DNA from: Oscillospiraceae bacterium
GTDB lineage: Bacteria; Bacillota; Clostridia; Oscillospirales; Ruminococcaceae
NCBI GenBank assembly: GCA_045617625.1
Contig: JAZLJA010000036.1
Span: forward strand, 10,252 to 74,251
DNA length: 64,000 nt
Direction of reading: 5' to 3'
The position numbers were made by a program, and so were the translations under genes. Shown here piece after piece: positions 18,758 through 27,870 of the stretch. The notes beneath the pieces were generated by a model. The model was not told the DNA's origin and did no database searches. It saw only the letters and a list, made by a program, of their open reading frames with translations. Positions within the stretch are counted from its first letter, which is position 1; every line of letters starts with the position of its first letter.

Positions 18758-18890
18758 AAGCACTGCTCTCCTTTCTTTTTTTGTATTGCAGGATATGAGG
18801 TACTTTCGCATCTTATAGTATAGCACATATCAGCGGAAATTTCAACACCAAAATGAAATTTTTTTGCGAGATATTTTAATGATCCGCCGC

Positions 18891-18940
18891 AAACAAAAAC
18901 GCCGCCGCACTTCTGAATATTTCACAGAAATGCGGCGGTG
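18891..18940 (-). terminator. intrinsic terminator of the scaffoldin-like gene
   Basis: CACCGCCGCA / TGCGGCGGCG stem followed on the minus strand by TTTTTGTTT. Confidence 0.8.
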
Positions 18941-18954
18941 CTTGAATCTTTTTC

Positions 18955-21567
18955 TTATTTGCTCAGGATTTCTTCCCAAGTGATCTTGCCCATCATGTTG
19001 CGAACATAGTAGCGCAGGATCGCGGAAGCATCCGCGGAGGTGACTGCGCCGTCCTCATCGACATCTGCGGCGAGTGCTTCCATCGCTGTCAGAGGGCTTT
19101 TCTGATTCATGACTGTCTCTTTGACGTATGCCTGCAAGGCTTTGGAAGCATCGGCTGCGTCCACAGTACCGTTCAGGTCGGAATCGCCTTTGAGATAGAG
19201 ACGGATCGTGATTTCGCAGGTGTAGGTTTTTCCTTCGTAGGCAGCGGTGATCGTCGCACTGCCCTCAGCGACAAATTTGACCATGCCCTTTGCATCCACC
19301 GCGGCAACCTTTGCATTGCTGCTCGTCCATTTGACATCGCCGTTTGTGGGTGCAGGCGAAAGCTTGAGCTGTATGCTGCCGCCGACGGTATCGGTTGCAT
19401 ACTGCGTATAATTGAGTTTTCGCGGGAAGTCCACCGTGACCTCACAGGTGTAGGTGACATCTTCGCAAATGCCTGTGATCGTGGTTTTGCCGTTGTTCAG
19501 CGCGGTGATCTTGCCGTCAGCTGACACCGAAGCGATCAGCGCATCAGAGCTTTTCCATGTGACAGGATAGGAAGCATCGGGTGCAGGGGTGAGGGTGAGC
19601 TGTGCGGTTTCCTCGAATTTGCTCAGTTTGCAGGTGGTCATGTTGAGTTTGCGCTCAAACTGCACTGTGACAGAGCAGGTGTAAGAAATGCCCTCACACA
19701 CTGCAGTGATGACTGTGGTGCCGTATTTTTTCGGGGTGATGTTGCCCTTGTCATCCACAGCGGCGATCGCGGGGTTGTTGCTGACCCATGAGATCGCGGC
19801 AACGGGTGCAGGTGTCAGGGAAAGCTGTATTTTTTCATCGGGCTTGGTGATTTTCAGGGTTTCTGCACTCAGTTTTCTGGGAATATCCACCGTGACCTTG
19901 CAGGAGTGCTTGACGCCCTCGCAAACTGCGGTGATGGTCGCTACGCCGTTTTCTTTGGCGGTCACGACGCCTTTTTCGTCCACCGATGCCACATTGGGCT
20001 TGTCAGATGTCCAGACAACGGGTGTGGAAACAGGTGCAGGCACGAGGATCAGCGCACACTGACCGCCCTGCGTGTTGAGGGTGAGCTGTTCAGAGCCGAG
20101 TTTTCGCGGAATGCTGACATTGCACACGCACTGATATTGCAGCGTCTCACACACAACTGTAACCGTTGCACTGCCGCTGCCCAATGCGGTAACAACACCG
20201 TTTTTGTCCACCTTGACGACAGTCTCATCGGAGCTTGTCCAGACGCAGGCATCGGCAGGGGGGGCAGGGGTCAGGTTGAGGCTGAATGCCTCGTTTTGTT
20301 TTGTCAGCGAAAGCGTGGTTTTCGAGAGTGTACGGGGTGTGGGGGCGACGGGCACATATTTCAGGGATTCCGCCACTTGGCATTCCGGAGTGGTTGTGCC
20401 GTCAGAGATGCTGCCCAGAGAAAGTTTGATCTCGTATTCCTTGCCGACTTTTGCTTCGGGAGAAACCGCAGCCATGAACGAGCCGATTTCCGCGACGGCA
20501 TCGCCGTTTCTGCTTGCTGAATAAGCCAGTGTGACAAAGTTTTTCGTGGGGTTATAGAACGGGATCACCGAGCCGTTTTCGATGGCTTCCGATGGCTCAA
20601 ATTCAAAGATCGTGTCGTTCAGCAGCACAGGCGTGAGAATTTCGGGGAGTTCGATTTTGAAGCCCAGTGCCGAGATACCTTTGTTTCCTTCCAGCAGCAC
20701 ATGAACACGGGTCTGTCCGCCGGGATAGGTCGGTTCAGCCTGGAGTTTGAGGGTAAGGGGCTGCGTGGTGGTGGTCGTAGTAGTTGTTGTGGTCGTTGTG
20801 GTCGTTGTAGTGGTAGTTGTCTTGGGCTTGGATGTTGTCGTCGTCGTGGTTGTGGTAGTAGTCTTTGGTTTGGATGTGGTTGTGGTGGTTGTAGTGGAGG
20901 ATGTCTTGGGCTGGGATGTTGTCGTGGTCGTTGTAGTGGTCGTAGTTTTGGGTTTGGATGTTGTTGTCGTTGTTGTGGTAGTAGTAGTCGTTGTTGTGGT
21001 TGTGGTAGTTGTGGTAGTTGTGGTTGTAGTTGTTGTAGTCGTGGTTGATTCAGGCTCTTTGCCCACATGGAATTCCAGTGCGGATACTGCTTGATAATCG
21101 AGTTCAGTGCGCTGATAGCTGTTGAGCTTCACAACCGAAAACGGCACCGAATATGCACCGTCTTTGGCATCTGTCGGCACCAGAAAATGCAGGGTCGCAA
21201 TGATACCGTCTTCTTTTGAATTGTCCATGCCCGCTGTGCCGCAGGAAACAATATTTGCCTCCTCGTTGAAATACGCAGTGCCGATCAGCGACGTTGCACC
21301 CACACCGAAATCCACAATCGGTGTGCCTTCCTTATCGAGCGCGGGCAGAAGCTTGTTTCCGAGGTCAAAGGTGAATCCGCTGGAGGAAAAACCCGTGTTT
21401 CCGCAGATGACAATGTCAACGGAGAATGATTCGCCCGGCATGACGTATGCTTGGTTCACAAGCGTGACCTCCGTGGCAGCCGCCGATACCGAAACATTCG
21501 GCATCGCGGTGAAAATCATGCTTGCGGAAAGCATTGCTGCAAGTGTGTTCTTCAATTTTTTCAACAT
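18955..21567 (-). CDS. scaffoldin-like cellulosomal protein: signal peptide, 2 cohesin-like modules, Thr/Lys/Pro linkers, 5 Ig-like (Big_2-type) repeats, C-terminal dockerin
   Basis: Two modules of about 140 aa have cohesin-like patterns (VMPGESFSVDIVICGNTGFSSSGFTFDL; GGQTRVHVLLEGNKGISALGFKIEL). Five repeats of about 75 aa follow the pattern W(T/K)SS...A.VD..G.VTA...G.ATITA.CEG..Y.C.VTV. The dockerin reads GDSDLNGTVDAADASKALQ ... ADVDEDGAVTSADASAILRYYV. Confidence 0.8.
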   Translation of the reverse strand: MLKKLKNTLAAMLSASMIFTAMPNVSVSAAATEVTLVNQAYVMPGESFSVDIVICGNTGFSSSGFTFDLGNKLLPALDKEGTPIVDFGVGATSLIGTAYFNEEANIVSCGTAGMDNSKEDGIIATLHFLVPTDAKDGAYSVPFSVVKLNSYQRTELDYQAVSALEFHVGKEPESTTTTTTTTTTTTTTTTTTTTTTTTTTTTTSKPKTTTTTTTTTTSQPKTSSTTTTTTTSKPKTTTTTTTTTTSKPKTTTTTTTTTTTTTTTTTTTQPLTLKLQAEPTYPGGQTRVHVLLEGNKGISALGFKIELPEILTPVLLNDTIFEFEPSEAIENGSVIPFYNPTKNFVTLAYSASRNGDAVAEIGSFMAAVSPEAKVGKEYEIKLSLGSISDGTTTPECQVAESLKYVPVAPTPRTLSKTTLSLTKQNEAFSLNLTPAPPADACVWTSSDETVVKVDKNGVVTALGSGSATVTVVCETLQYQCVCNVSIPRKLGSEQLTLNTQGGQCALILVPAPVSTPVVWTSDKPNVASVDEKGVVTAKENGVATITAVCEGVKHSCKVTVDIPRKLSAETLKITKPDEKIQLSLTPAPVAAISWVSNNPAIAAVDDKGNITPKKYGTTVITAVCEGISYTCSVTVQFERKLNMTTCKLSKFEETAQLTLTPAPDASYPVTWKSSDALIASVSADGKITALNNGKTTITGICEDVTYTCEVTVDFPRKLNYTQYATDTVGGSIQLKLSPAPTNGDVKWTSSNAKVAAVDAKGMVKFVAEGSATITAAYEGKTYTCEITIRLYLKGDSDLNGTVDAADASKALQAYVKETVMNQKSPLTAMEALAADVDEDGAVTSADASAILRYYVRNMMGKITWEEILSK
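20764..21046 (-). repeat. degenerate ACN-rich coding repeat (poly-Thr linker with TTTTTTTT(S/Q)(K/P)PK units)
   Basis: About 94 codons are almost exclusively Thr with periodic S-K-P-K or S-Q-P-K. On the plus strand it reads as GGT/GTT/GTG runs. Confidence 0.9.
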
Positions 21568-21579
21568 AAAAATACCCTC

Positions 21580-22380
21580 TCATTTCTTCAGCAAAGATGC
21601 AGCATACCGTATCAGATCCGCCGCAGGGTCGAGAGCTGTTAATGCGTAAAGCATACGGCACCCCACCGCATCCTCAATCTCCCCGAGTACATAACCGCCT
21701 TCGGGTCGGCGCAAAAAATCAATGCCTGCGAAATCCAGCGGCATGATTTCCTGGATCTGCGCGGCAAGCTTGCGCATTTCGGCATCGGGAGAAAAAAGTT
21801 CCGCTTTGCCGCCCAGAGAAAAATTGCTCCGAAAATCGCAGTCAGAAGTCCGCAGTACCGCAGCATAGATCTCGCCGCCCAGAATGTAAACGCGTACATC
21901 CCAACCGAATACGACGGGTTCTTGCAGCAGATACGGACTTTTTGCTTGTTCTAATACGGACGTGAGCGTTTGGATGTCTGAAATCAGCCGAACATCCTCG
22001 CCGCCGTGACCGCCGCACGGTTTGCAAACGATCGGCATGGGCAGCTTGGAGAGATCCGTATCTGCCGCCCACGATTTTGCCATCGGCACACCAAATTTGC
22101 CGTGGAGATACGCATAAGTCCGCAGCTTGTCGTTGGTGATCGCCGTGACAGCAGCCGAGTTGCATACCCGAACGCCGTTTGCTTCACCCCACTCTGACCA
22201 TGAAGCATCCCGACTGCGGTTGAGCATCAGCGCAGGAATATCCGCGGGACGGGGGGCATCGGAGGTCATCAGCCGCATCGAAATATCGTGCAGATGCGCA
22301 TTTTTGATGAGTTCCTCGATAAACCAGCCGTTCCGCGGAATATCTATCGGATCATAAATCAGAAGTGCCGATCGGCTCAT
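21580..22380 (-). CDS. ATP-grasp ligase, RimK-like (second of a pair)
   Basis: ATP-grasp pattern NDKLRTYAYL...VPMA, IVCKPCGGHGGEDV, LLQEPV..GWDVRVYILGGE, FRSNFSLGG, FAGIDFL. The ATG overlaps the stop of the upstream paralog (ATGA at 22377-22380). Confidence 0.75.
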   Translation of the reverse strand: MSRSALLIYDPIDIPRNGWFIEELIKNAHLHDISMRLMTSDAPRPADIPALMLNRSRDASWSEWGEANGVRVCNSAAVTAITNDKLRTYAYLHGKFGVPMAKSWAADTDLSKLPMPIVCKPCGGHGGEDVRLISDIQTLTSVLEQAKSPYLLQEPVVFGWDVRVYILGGEIYAAVLRTSDCDFRSNFSLGGKAELFSPDAEMRKLAAQIQEIMPLDFAGIDFLRRPEGGYVLGEIEDAVGCRMLYALTALDPAADLIRYAASLLKK

Positions 22381-23282
22381 TGTCCGTTGTTTTCGCGTTC
22401 CAGCTTGACCTGGTTGCGAATGTGCCACATAATGTTGGTGGCAGGGTTGACGCCGCACGCATCGATCGTGCTTTGCAGCTGCGGATTGGAATTGACTTCG
22501 CAGACATAACGCTCGTTTTCGTCTCTGCCGATGAGGATATCGACGCCTGCGAAATCAAGCCCCAGCGCGGAAGTTGCAGCCAGTGCAAGCTTTTCCTCCA
22601 GCGGCGAGATGGTTCTGGCAACGCCTGTGCCGCCCACGCCGATGTTCGAGCGGAATTCGCTGCTGTTTGCCGCATGGCGTTCCATCGCGCACACGACCTT
22701 GCCGCCTACGACGGTCACACGCAGATCTTTGCCCTTGCTGGCAGCGATATAACGCTGGAACAGGCAGTCGCGCTCGCCGATGTGGTTGAGGATCTTTGTT
22801 GCTTCGGCGATGTTGTTTGCGAGATAGACCTGCTGTCCGAAGCTGCCCTTGTTTTCCTTGATGATCAGCGGCCAGCCGAGAATTTTCGCAGCTGCCTCAG
22901 CCGATGCGGGATTGCGTTTGCAGCCGGTAAAACAGGTGGGTGCAGGGATGGTTTCCACCTGCGGGATGTTGTATTTTGCAAGGCAAAGCGAAGTTTTCAC
23001 CTTGTCGTCGGCATTGGCGATCGCGTGTGCCGAGTTGAACAGCCGCAGTCCTGAAAGCTCCATCGCACGGGCAAGCAGCACATCCTTATCCCAGAACAGT
23101 ACAAAATCGGGCTTTGGTTCACGGCATTTGCTGCCGATGATCGTGGGCAGTTCATCCGATTTCCACATGGAATAGCGCAGTCCTGCTTTTTCAGCAGATT
23201 CTTGCAGAACCTTGTAGAGTGAGCGGAACTTCGCAGGATTGAAGTAGCTGTTGGTAATCAGCCAGCCGTTGAATGTTTCCAT
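22377..23282 (-). CDS. ATP-grasp ligase, RimK-like (first of a pair)
   Basis: Pattern DDKVKTSLCLAKYNIPQ, LIIKENKGSFGQQVYL, FQRYI..SKGKDLRVTVVGGKV, FRSNIGVGG, FAGVDIL...EVNSNP. RBS GGAGGA lies 7 nt upstream. Confidence 0.8.
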   Translation of the reverse strand: METFNGWLITNSYFNPAKFRSLYKVLQESAEKAGLRYSMWKSDELPTIIGSKCREPKPDFVLFWDKDVLLARAMELSGLRLFNSAHAIANADDKVKTSLCLAKYNIPQVETIPAPTCFTGCKRNPASAEAAAKILGWPLIIKENKGSFGQQVYLANNIAEATKILNHIGERDCLFQRYIAASKGKDLRVTVVGGKVVCAMERHAANSSEFRSNIGVGGTGVARTISPLEEKLALAATSALGLDFAGVDILIGRDENERYVCEVNSNPQLQSTIDACGVNPATNIMWHIRNQVKLERENNGQ

Positions 23283-23324
23283 AGCAAATCCTCCAATTAT
23301 ATATATTTTTCTGCAAATGAATTC

Positions 23325-24419
23325 TCATTTGCTGTGTGCCAAAAGATTATCAAGCACCGCATCGCCAAATTCCATGCAGGTACACGGTTTTTCACCATTT
23401 CCTGCCAGATCGGCGGTGCGAAAGCCGTCAGAAAGCGTTTGTGCGACCGCAGCTTCGATGGCAGCGGCTTCCTCGGGCAAATGCAGGGAATAACGTAAAA
23501 GCATGGCGGCAGAAAGGATCGCCGCGCTCGGGTTTGCGGCATTTTTTCCTGCGATATCGGGCGCAGAGCCGTGTACAGGCTCATAAATACCAAAGCCGTC
23601 GCCGCGCAGGGAAGCACTGGGCAGCATTCCGATCGAGCCTGTCAGCATTGCCGCCTCATCCGAGAGGATATCGCCGAACAAATTGCCCGTGACGATCACA
23701 TCAAACGACGCAGGTGCGTGAATAAGCTGCATTGCGCAGTTGTCCACGTAGAGGTCGGAATATTCCACCTCGGGATATTCGCGGGCGAGACTGTGCATCA
23801 CATCGCGCCAAAGCCGCGAGCAATCCAGCACATTCGCCTTATCCACCGAGCAAAGCTTTTTGCGGCGGCGCATGGCAAGATCGAATGCCACTCTGCCCAC
23901 ACGTTCGATTTCTGCCTCGGTGTACGCCATTTCATCGTGCGCACGGCGAATGCCGCGAACGGTTTCAGTGCCGCGCTTGCCGAAGTAAATGCCGCCTGTC
24001 AGTTCCCGAACGATCATCAGATCGGGCAGAATGCCTGCCTGCACCGATTGCAGCGGCGATGCCTCCTTGAGTGCGGAAAACATCGCAGCAGGGCGCAAAT
24101 TGGCAAACACGCCCATTGCCGCCCGAATGCCGAGCAGCCCTTGTTCGGGGCGCAGCTTCACTGAGAGCGTATCCCATTTTTTTCCGCCGACAGCACCCAA
24201 AAGCACCGCATCTGCGCGATTGCACGCATCAATGGTCTCCTGCGGCAGCGGTGTGCCGAATTTATCATAGGCGACTCCGCCCAGATCCGCATATTCATAT
24301 GCGAATGAATGTCCGAATTTTTCAGCAACAGCGTCTAAAATCCGCACAGCCCATGCCGTGACCTCGGGACCGATGCCGTCGCCGCTGAGAATGGTCAAAC
24401 GCGCCTGCATAGGGTTCAC
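23325..24419 (-). CDS. leuB: 3-isopropylmalate dehydrogenase
   Basis: Full-length isopropylmalate/isocitrate dehydrogenase family ([37 protein letters not shown]). Overlaps leuD by 4 nt. Confidence 0.92.
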   Translation of the reverse strand: MNPMQARLTILSGDGIGPEVTAWAVRILDAVAEKFGHSFAYEYADLGGVAYDKFGTPLPQETIDACNRADAVLLGAVGGKKWDTLSVKLRPEQGLLGIRAAMGVFANLRPAAMFSALKEASPLQSVQAGILPDLMIVRELTGGIYFGKRGTETVRGIRRAHDEMAYTEAEIERVGRVAFDLAMRRRKKLCSVDKANVLDCSRLWRDVMHSLAREYPEVEYSDLYVDNCAMQLIHAPASFDVIVTGNLFGDILSDEAAMLTGSIGMLPSASLRGDGFGIYEPVHGSAPDIAGKNAANPSAAILSAAMLLRYSLHLPEEAAAIEAAVAQTLSDGFRTADLAGNGEKPCTCMEFGDAVLDNLLAHSK

Positions 24420-24892
24420 CTCAGTGATTGGAGCAGTCCGCCCGCCGCAATAATATCCGCGATGAACTGTGGGAACGGCTCTGCCTGGTATTGTTCGTGT
24501 TTGCTGATGTTTTCGATGATCCCCGTTTCCGTGCTGACTCTGAGGACATCTCCTGATTCGATGCGGTCAGCGTCGGGGCATTCGAGAATCGCAAGCCCGA
24601 TGTTAATGGCGTTTCGATAGAAGATACGTGCAAAACTCTTGGCGATGACACACGCGACACCGCAGCTTTGGATCGCAAGCGGTGCGTGTTCCCGCGAGGA
24701 ACCGCAGCCGAAATTATCGCCTGCTACGATAAAATCGCCTTTTTGCACGTTTTTCACAAAGTCTGCGTCGATATCCTCCATACAGTGTGCCGCAAGCTGT
24801 GCCGCATCTGCTGTGTTGAGATATCGCGCAGGAATGATGACGTCGGTGTTCACTGCGTCGCCGTAGCGAAATGCTTTGCCCTGCTCATTCAT
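24416..24892 (-). CDS. leuD: 3-isopropylmalate dehydratase small subunit
   Basis: 158-aa LeuD-type aconitase swivel domain ([14 protein letters not shown]). Confidence 0.92.
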   Translation of the reverse strand: MNEQGKAFRYGDAVNTDVIIPARYLNTADAAQLAAHCMEDIDADFVKNVQKGDFIVAGDNFGCGSSREHAPLAIQSCGVACVIAKSFARIFYRNAINIGLAILECPDADRIESGDVLRVSTETGIIENISKHEQYQAEPFPQFIADIIAAGGLLQSLR

Positions 24893-26174
24893 GGAGTTCG
24901 CCTCCCTGATATGCCGTCAGACACCCTGCGCAGGCAGAAGCCGCCGCGACATAGGGCGATGTGAGATAGATCTGTGCGCTTGGATGTCCCATGCGCCCGA
25001 CGAAATTGCGATTTGTCGTAGATACGGCGATTTCATTGGGTGCAAGCACACCCATATGTCCGCCGAGACAAGCACCGCAGGTCGGGGTGGAAACCGCACA
25101 GCCTGCCGTGATGAATGTTTCGATCAGCCCTTCGCGCAGGGCATCGAGATAAATTTGCTGGGTCGCGGGCAGCACGATGCATCGCACGCCGTCAGCAACA
25201 TGACCGTGCCTGAAAACCTCAGCAGCAGCGCGTAAATCCGAGAGCCGCCCGTTGGTGCACGAACCGATCAGTACCTCATCAATATGCGGCACCTGAAGGG
25301 ATGTGACGGGTGCAGTGCTCTGCGGCGAGGGCGGCACAGCGGCGGTCTGCACAATCTGTGACAAATCAAGCGAGATCTCACGCAGATACGGAGCATCTGC
25401 GTCAGGCTCGTAGATCGCGGGCTTGTTTGCCCCATGCGATTCGAGATAGTCTAAGGTCAGCTGATCCACGGGGAAGATCCCGTTTTTCGCGCCCGCCTCC
25501 ACCGCCATGTTGCAGATGGTGAAGCGGTCATCCATGCTGAGATTCTGCACGCCGTCGCCTGAAAATTCCAATGATGCATACCTTGCCGCATCCGCGCCGA
25601 GCAGCCCGAGCAAAGTCAGAATGACATCCTTGCCTGTGACGTATCTGCGCAGTTTTCCTGTCAGTTTGACAGAAATTGCGGACGGTACACGAAACCATGC
25701 TGTACCATCGCAAAGCCCTGCGGCAAAATCGGTGGAACCGACACCGGTCGAGAACGCGCCGAGTGCGCCGTAGGTGCAGGTATGCGAATCGGCACCGATG
25801 ACCACATCGCCTGCCGTGACAAGCCCCAGTTCGGGTATCAGTGCGTGTTCGATCCCTGCTTTTCCTGTATCGAAAATCTTTGCAATTCCGTGCTTTTCGG
25901 CAAATCCTCTGCATTGCTGACAAAGCTGTGCTGCACGGATATCCTTGTTGGGAGTAAAATGGTCGAGCACAATCGCCACGCGGTCAGGCTGTGCGACACG
26001 CTCCAAGCCGTGTGCGGTGAGAGTATCAATCGCAACAGGGGTGGTGATGTCGTTGCCGAAGCAAAAATCAAGCCTGCACTGCACAAGCTGACCTGCATGA
26101 ACCTCTGTGGGTTCATCATGGGCAGCATGGGCAATGTGAGCAGCGAGAATTTTCTGCGTGACCGTCATTGGCAT
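24885..26174 (-). CDS. leuC: 3-isopropylmalate dehydratase large subunit
   Basis: Aconitase family large subunit with Fe-S ligands ([30 protein letters not shown]). RBS GGAGG lies 9 nt upstream of the ATG at 26174. Confidence 0.92.
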   Translation of the reverse strand: MPMTVTQKILAAHIAHAAHDEPTEVHAGQLVQCRLDFCFGNDITTPVAIDTLTAHGLERVAQPDRVAIVLDHFTPNKDIRAAQLCQQCRGFAEKHGIAKIFDTGKAGIEHALIPELGLVTAGDVVIGADSHTCTYGALGAFSTGVGSTDFAAGLCDGTAWFRVPSAISVKLTGKLRRYVTGKDVILTLLGLLGADAARYASLEFSGDGVQNLSMDDRFTICNMAVEAGAKNGIFPVDQLTLDYLESHGANKPAIYEPDADAPYLREISLDLSQIVQTAAVPPSPQSTAPVTSLQVPHIDEVLIGSCTNGRLSDLRAAAEVFRHGHVADGVRCIVLPATQQIYLDALREGLIETFITAGCAVSTPTCGACLGGHMGVLAPNEIAVSTTNRNFVGRMGHPSAQIYLTSPYVAAASACAGCLTAYQGGELHE

Positions 26175-26194
26175 TGTGCTCGACCTCCGTTCAA

Positions 26195-27718
26195 TTACAG
26201 TGTTGCAAGCTCCGCATATTCATTCTTGAGTGCGGGATAGATCTTGCGGTAGAGCTGATAGTAGTTCTCGTAGACAGGCATTGCCTCCGCGTTGGGCTGG
26301 CAGGTCTTGTCCGTGGAGATGATGGCTCTGCAAGCCTCAGGCACCGAAGCGTATGCGCCCGTGCCGACCATTGCGAGGATCGCAACGCCGAGTGCGGGAC
26401 CTTCCTTCGAGGCAAGTGTCTGGATGGGGCAGTGATAGAGGTCTGCGAGCATCTGACGCCACAGCGGAGAAGAACCGCCGCCGCCGCAAGCCATCATGTC
26501 ATTGACCGTGATGTTCATTTCCTTGAACACCTCAAGGCAGTCGCGGAGCGAATAGGTGACGCCCTCCATGACTGCACGGAGCAGATCGCGTTTTTCGTGC
26601 ATTGCCGAAAGACCGAAGAACACGCCTCTTGCATTGGCATCGAGGTGCGGGGTGCGCTCACCCATCAGATACGGCAGATACAGCAGACGGTTTGCGCCGA
26701 TCGGAGATTTTTCGGCTTCCTTGTCCATGAGATAGTATTCATCGACGCCCATGCCCTTTGCGGTGAGCTTTTCGGCTGCGCAGAAGTTATCGCGGAACCA
26801 TTTGAGCGAAAGACCTGCACCCTGTGTCACGCCCATAACGTGCCAGCAGTTCGGCACGGCGCAGCAGAAGGTGTGAACTCTGCCCTTGGGATCAATGGAG
26901 ATCTTGGAGCTGTGTGCGAACACAACGCCGCTGGTGCCGATGGTCGTGAACGCTTTGCCGTCCTCAGCAACGCCCGTGCCGATGGCAGCTGCTGCGTTAT
27001 CACCTGCGCCGCCGACAACCGGTGTGCCCTCGCAGAGACCGGTCTGTGCAGCAGCCTGTGCGGTGAGGGTGCCTGTGATCTCGGGCGATTCGTAGACCTT
27101 GCCCAGCAGATTCTTGTCGATATCCAGTTTTTCCAACACTTCATCCGACCAGCAGCGGTTCGGGATGTCGAGAAGCTGCATACCGGAAGCATCAGAAACT
27201 TCGGTGGCAAATTCGCCGGTCAGGATATAGCGGATATAGTCTTTCGGCAGCAGAATATGCGCACATTTCGCGTAATTTTCGGGTTCATTGTTGCGCACCC
27301 AGAGGATCTTGGATGCGGTAAAACCGGTCAGTGCGGGGTTTGCGGTGATCTCGATGAGCCGCTGGGCACCCACACGCTCGGTGATTTCTTCACACTCTTT
27401 GGTGGTGCGCTGGTCGCACCAGATGATGGAGGGACGAATGACCTCGCCATTTTTGTCAAGCATGACAAGTCCGTGCATCTGACCGGAAAGACCGATGCCC
27501 TTGACGTCATTTTTGTCCACGCCGCTTTTCTGCATCACAGAAGCCATCGTGTGCAGGGCAGCATTTGCCCAGTCCTGCGGCATCTGCTCTGCGTAGCCGT
27601 TTTGCGGCTGATAGAGCGGGTACTCCTCCGTTGCGGATGCAATGACTGCACCCTTGACATCGAACAAAACGGTTTTTGTGCCGCTGGTGCCGATGTCCAC
27701 GCCAATGTAATAATTCAT
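26195..27718 (-). CDS. xylB: xylulokinase (FGGY carbohydrate kinase)
   Basis: MNYYIGVDIGTSGTKT, GLSGQMHGLVMLD and GGGSSPLWRQMLAD match the FGGY N- and C-domains. Confidence 0.85.
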   Translation of the reverse strand: MNYYIGVDIGTSGTKTVLFDVKGAVIASATEEYPLYQPQNGYAEQMPQDWANAALHTMASVMQKSGVDKNDVKGIGLSGQMHGLVMLDKNGEVIRPSIIWCDQRTTKECEEITERVGAQRLIEITANPALTGFTASKILWVRNNEPENYAKCAHILLPKDYIRYILTGEFATEVSDASGMQLLDIPNRCWSDEVLEKLDIDKNLLGKVYESPEITGTLTAQAAAQTGLCEGTPVVGGAGDNAAAAIGTGVAEDGKAFTTIGTSGVVFAHSSKISIDPKGRVHTFCCAVPNCWHVMGVTQGAGLSLKWFRDNFCAAEKLTAKGMGVDEYYLMDKEAEKSPIGANRLLYLPYLMGERTPHLDANARGVFFGLSAMHEKRDLLRAVMEGVTYSLRDCLEVFKEMNITVNDMMACGGGGSSPLWRQMLADLYHCPIQTLASKEGPALGVAILAMVGTGAYASVPEACRAIISTDKTCQPNAEAMPVYENYYQLYRKIYPALKNEYAELATL

Positions 27719-27789
27719 AGTTTCTGTACCTCCTTGTTATTTTTCCCCCCAAGAATCCGAGAACTATGATGGGCGCATACACATACGCG

Positions 27790-27829
27790 CTTTGCAGAAT
27801 ACACATATTATAATGCATATTCTGCAAAG
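27790..27829. promoter_or_regulatory. 12-bp perfect inverted repeat enclosing a TATAAT element upstream of xylB
   Basis: CTTTGCAGAATA (27790-27801), 16 nt, then TATTCTGCAAAG (27818-27829). The spacer contains ATTATAAT. It lies 72-111 nt upstream of the xylB start. Confidence 0.5.
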
Positions 27830-27870
27830 CGGAGGGAATCACGATATCGGATTCCCTCTGCTGTCATGAA

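Noticed and set aside
20764-21046. Repetitive DNA that could be mistaken for a CRISPR array or satellite
   Set aside because: It lies in frame inside a long ORF, encodes poly-Thr linkers, has no repeat-spacer periodicity and no cas genes nearby.
21580-23282. ATP-grasp pair as a graspetide/microviridin-type RiPP cluster, or as LysX/ArgX of the aminoadipate lysine pathway (given adjacent leuCDB-like genes)
   Set aside because: There is no room for a precursor-peptide ORF (the gaps are 42 and 12 nt). No LysW-like small acidic carrier, LysZ/Y/J/K genes, transporter or acetyltransferase genes are present. The leuCDB genes look like ordinary leucine-pathway genes. I kept the pair only as a function-unknown finding.
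26168-27769. 533-aa plus-strand ORF
   Set aside because: It is an antisense shadow of xylB and has no motifs. Similar shadows opposite adhE (1079-2191, 2291-3655), GH9 (4987-6372), CE4 (7609-8883), pcrA (29469-30770), the AAA+ gene (38520-39584), transketolase (43867-45183) and metK (51431-52621) were rejected for the same reason.
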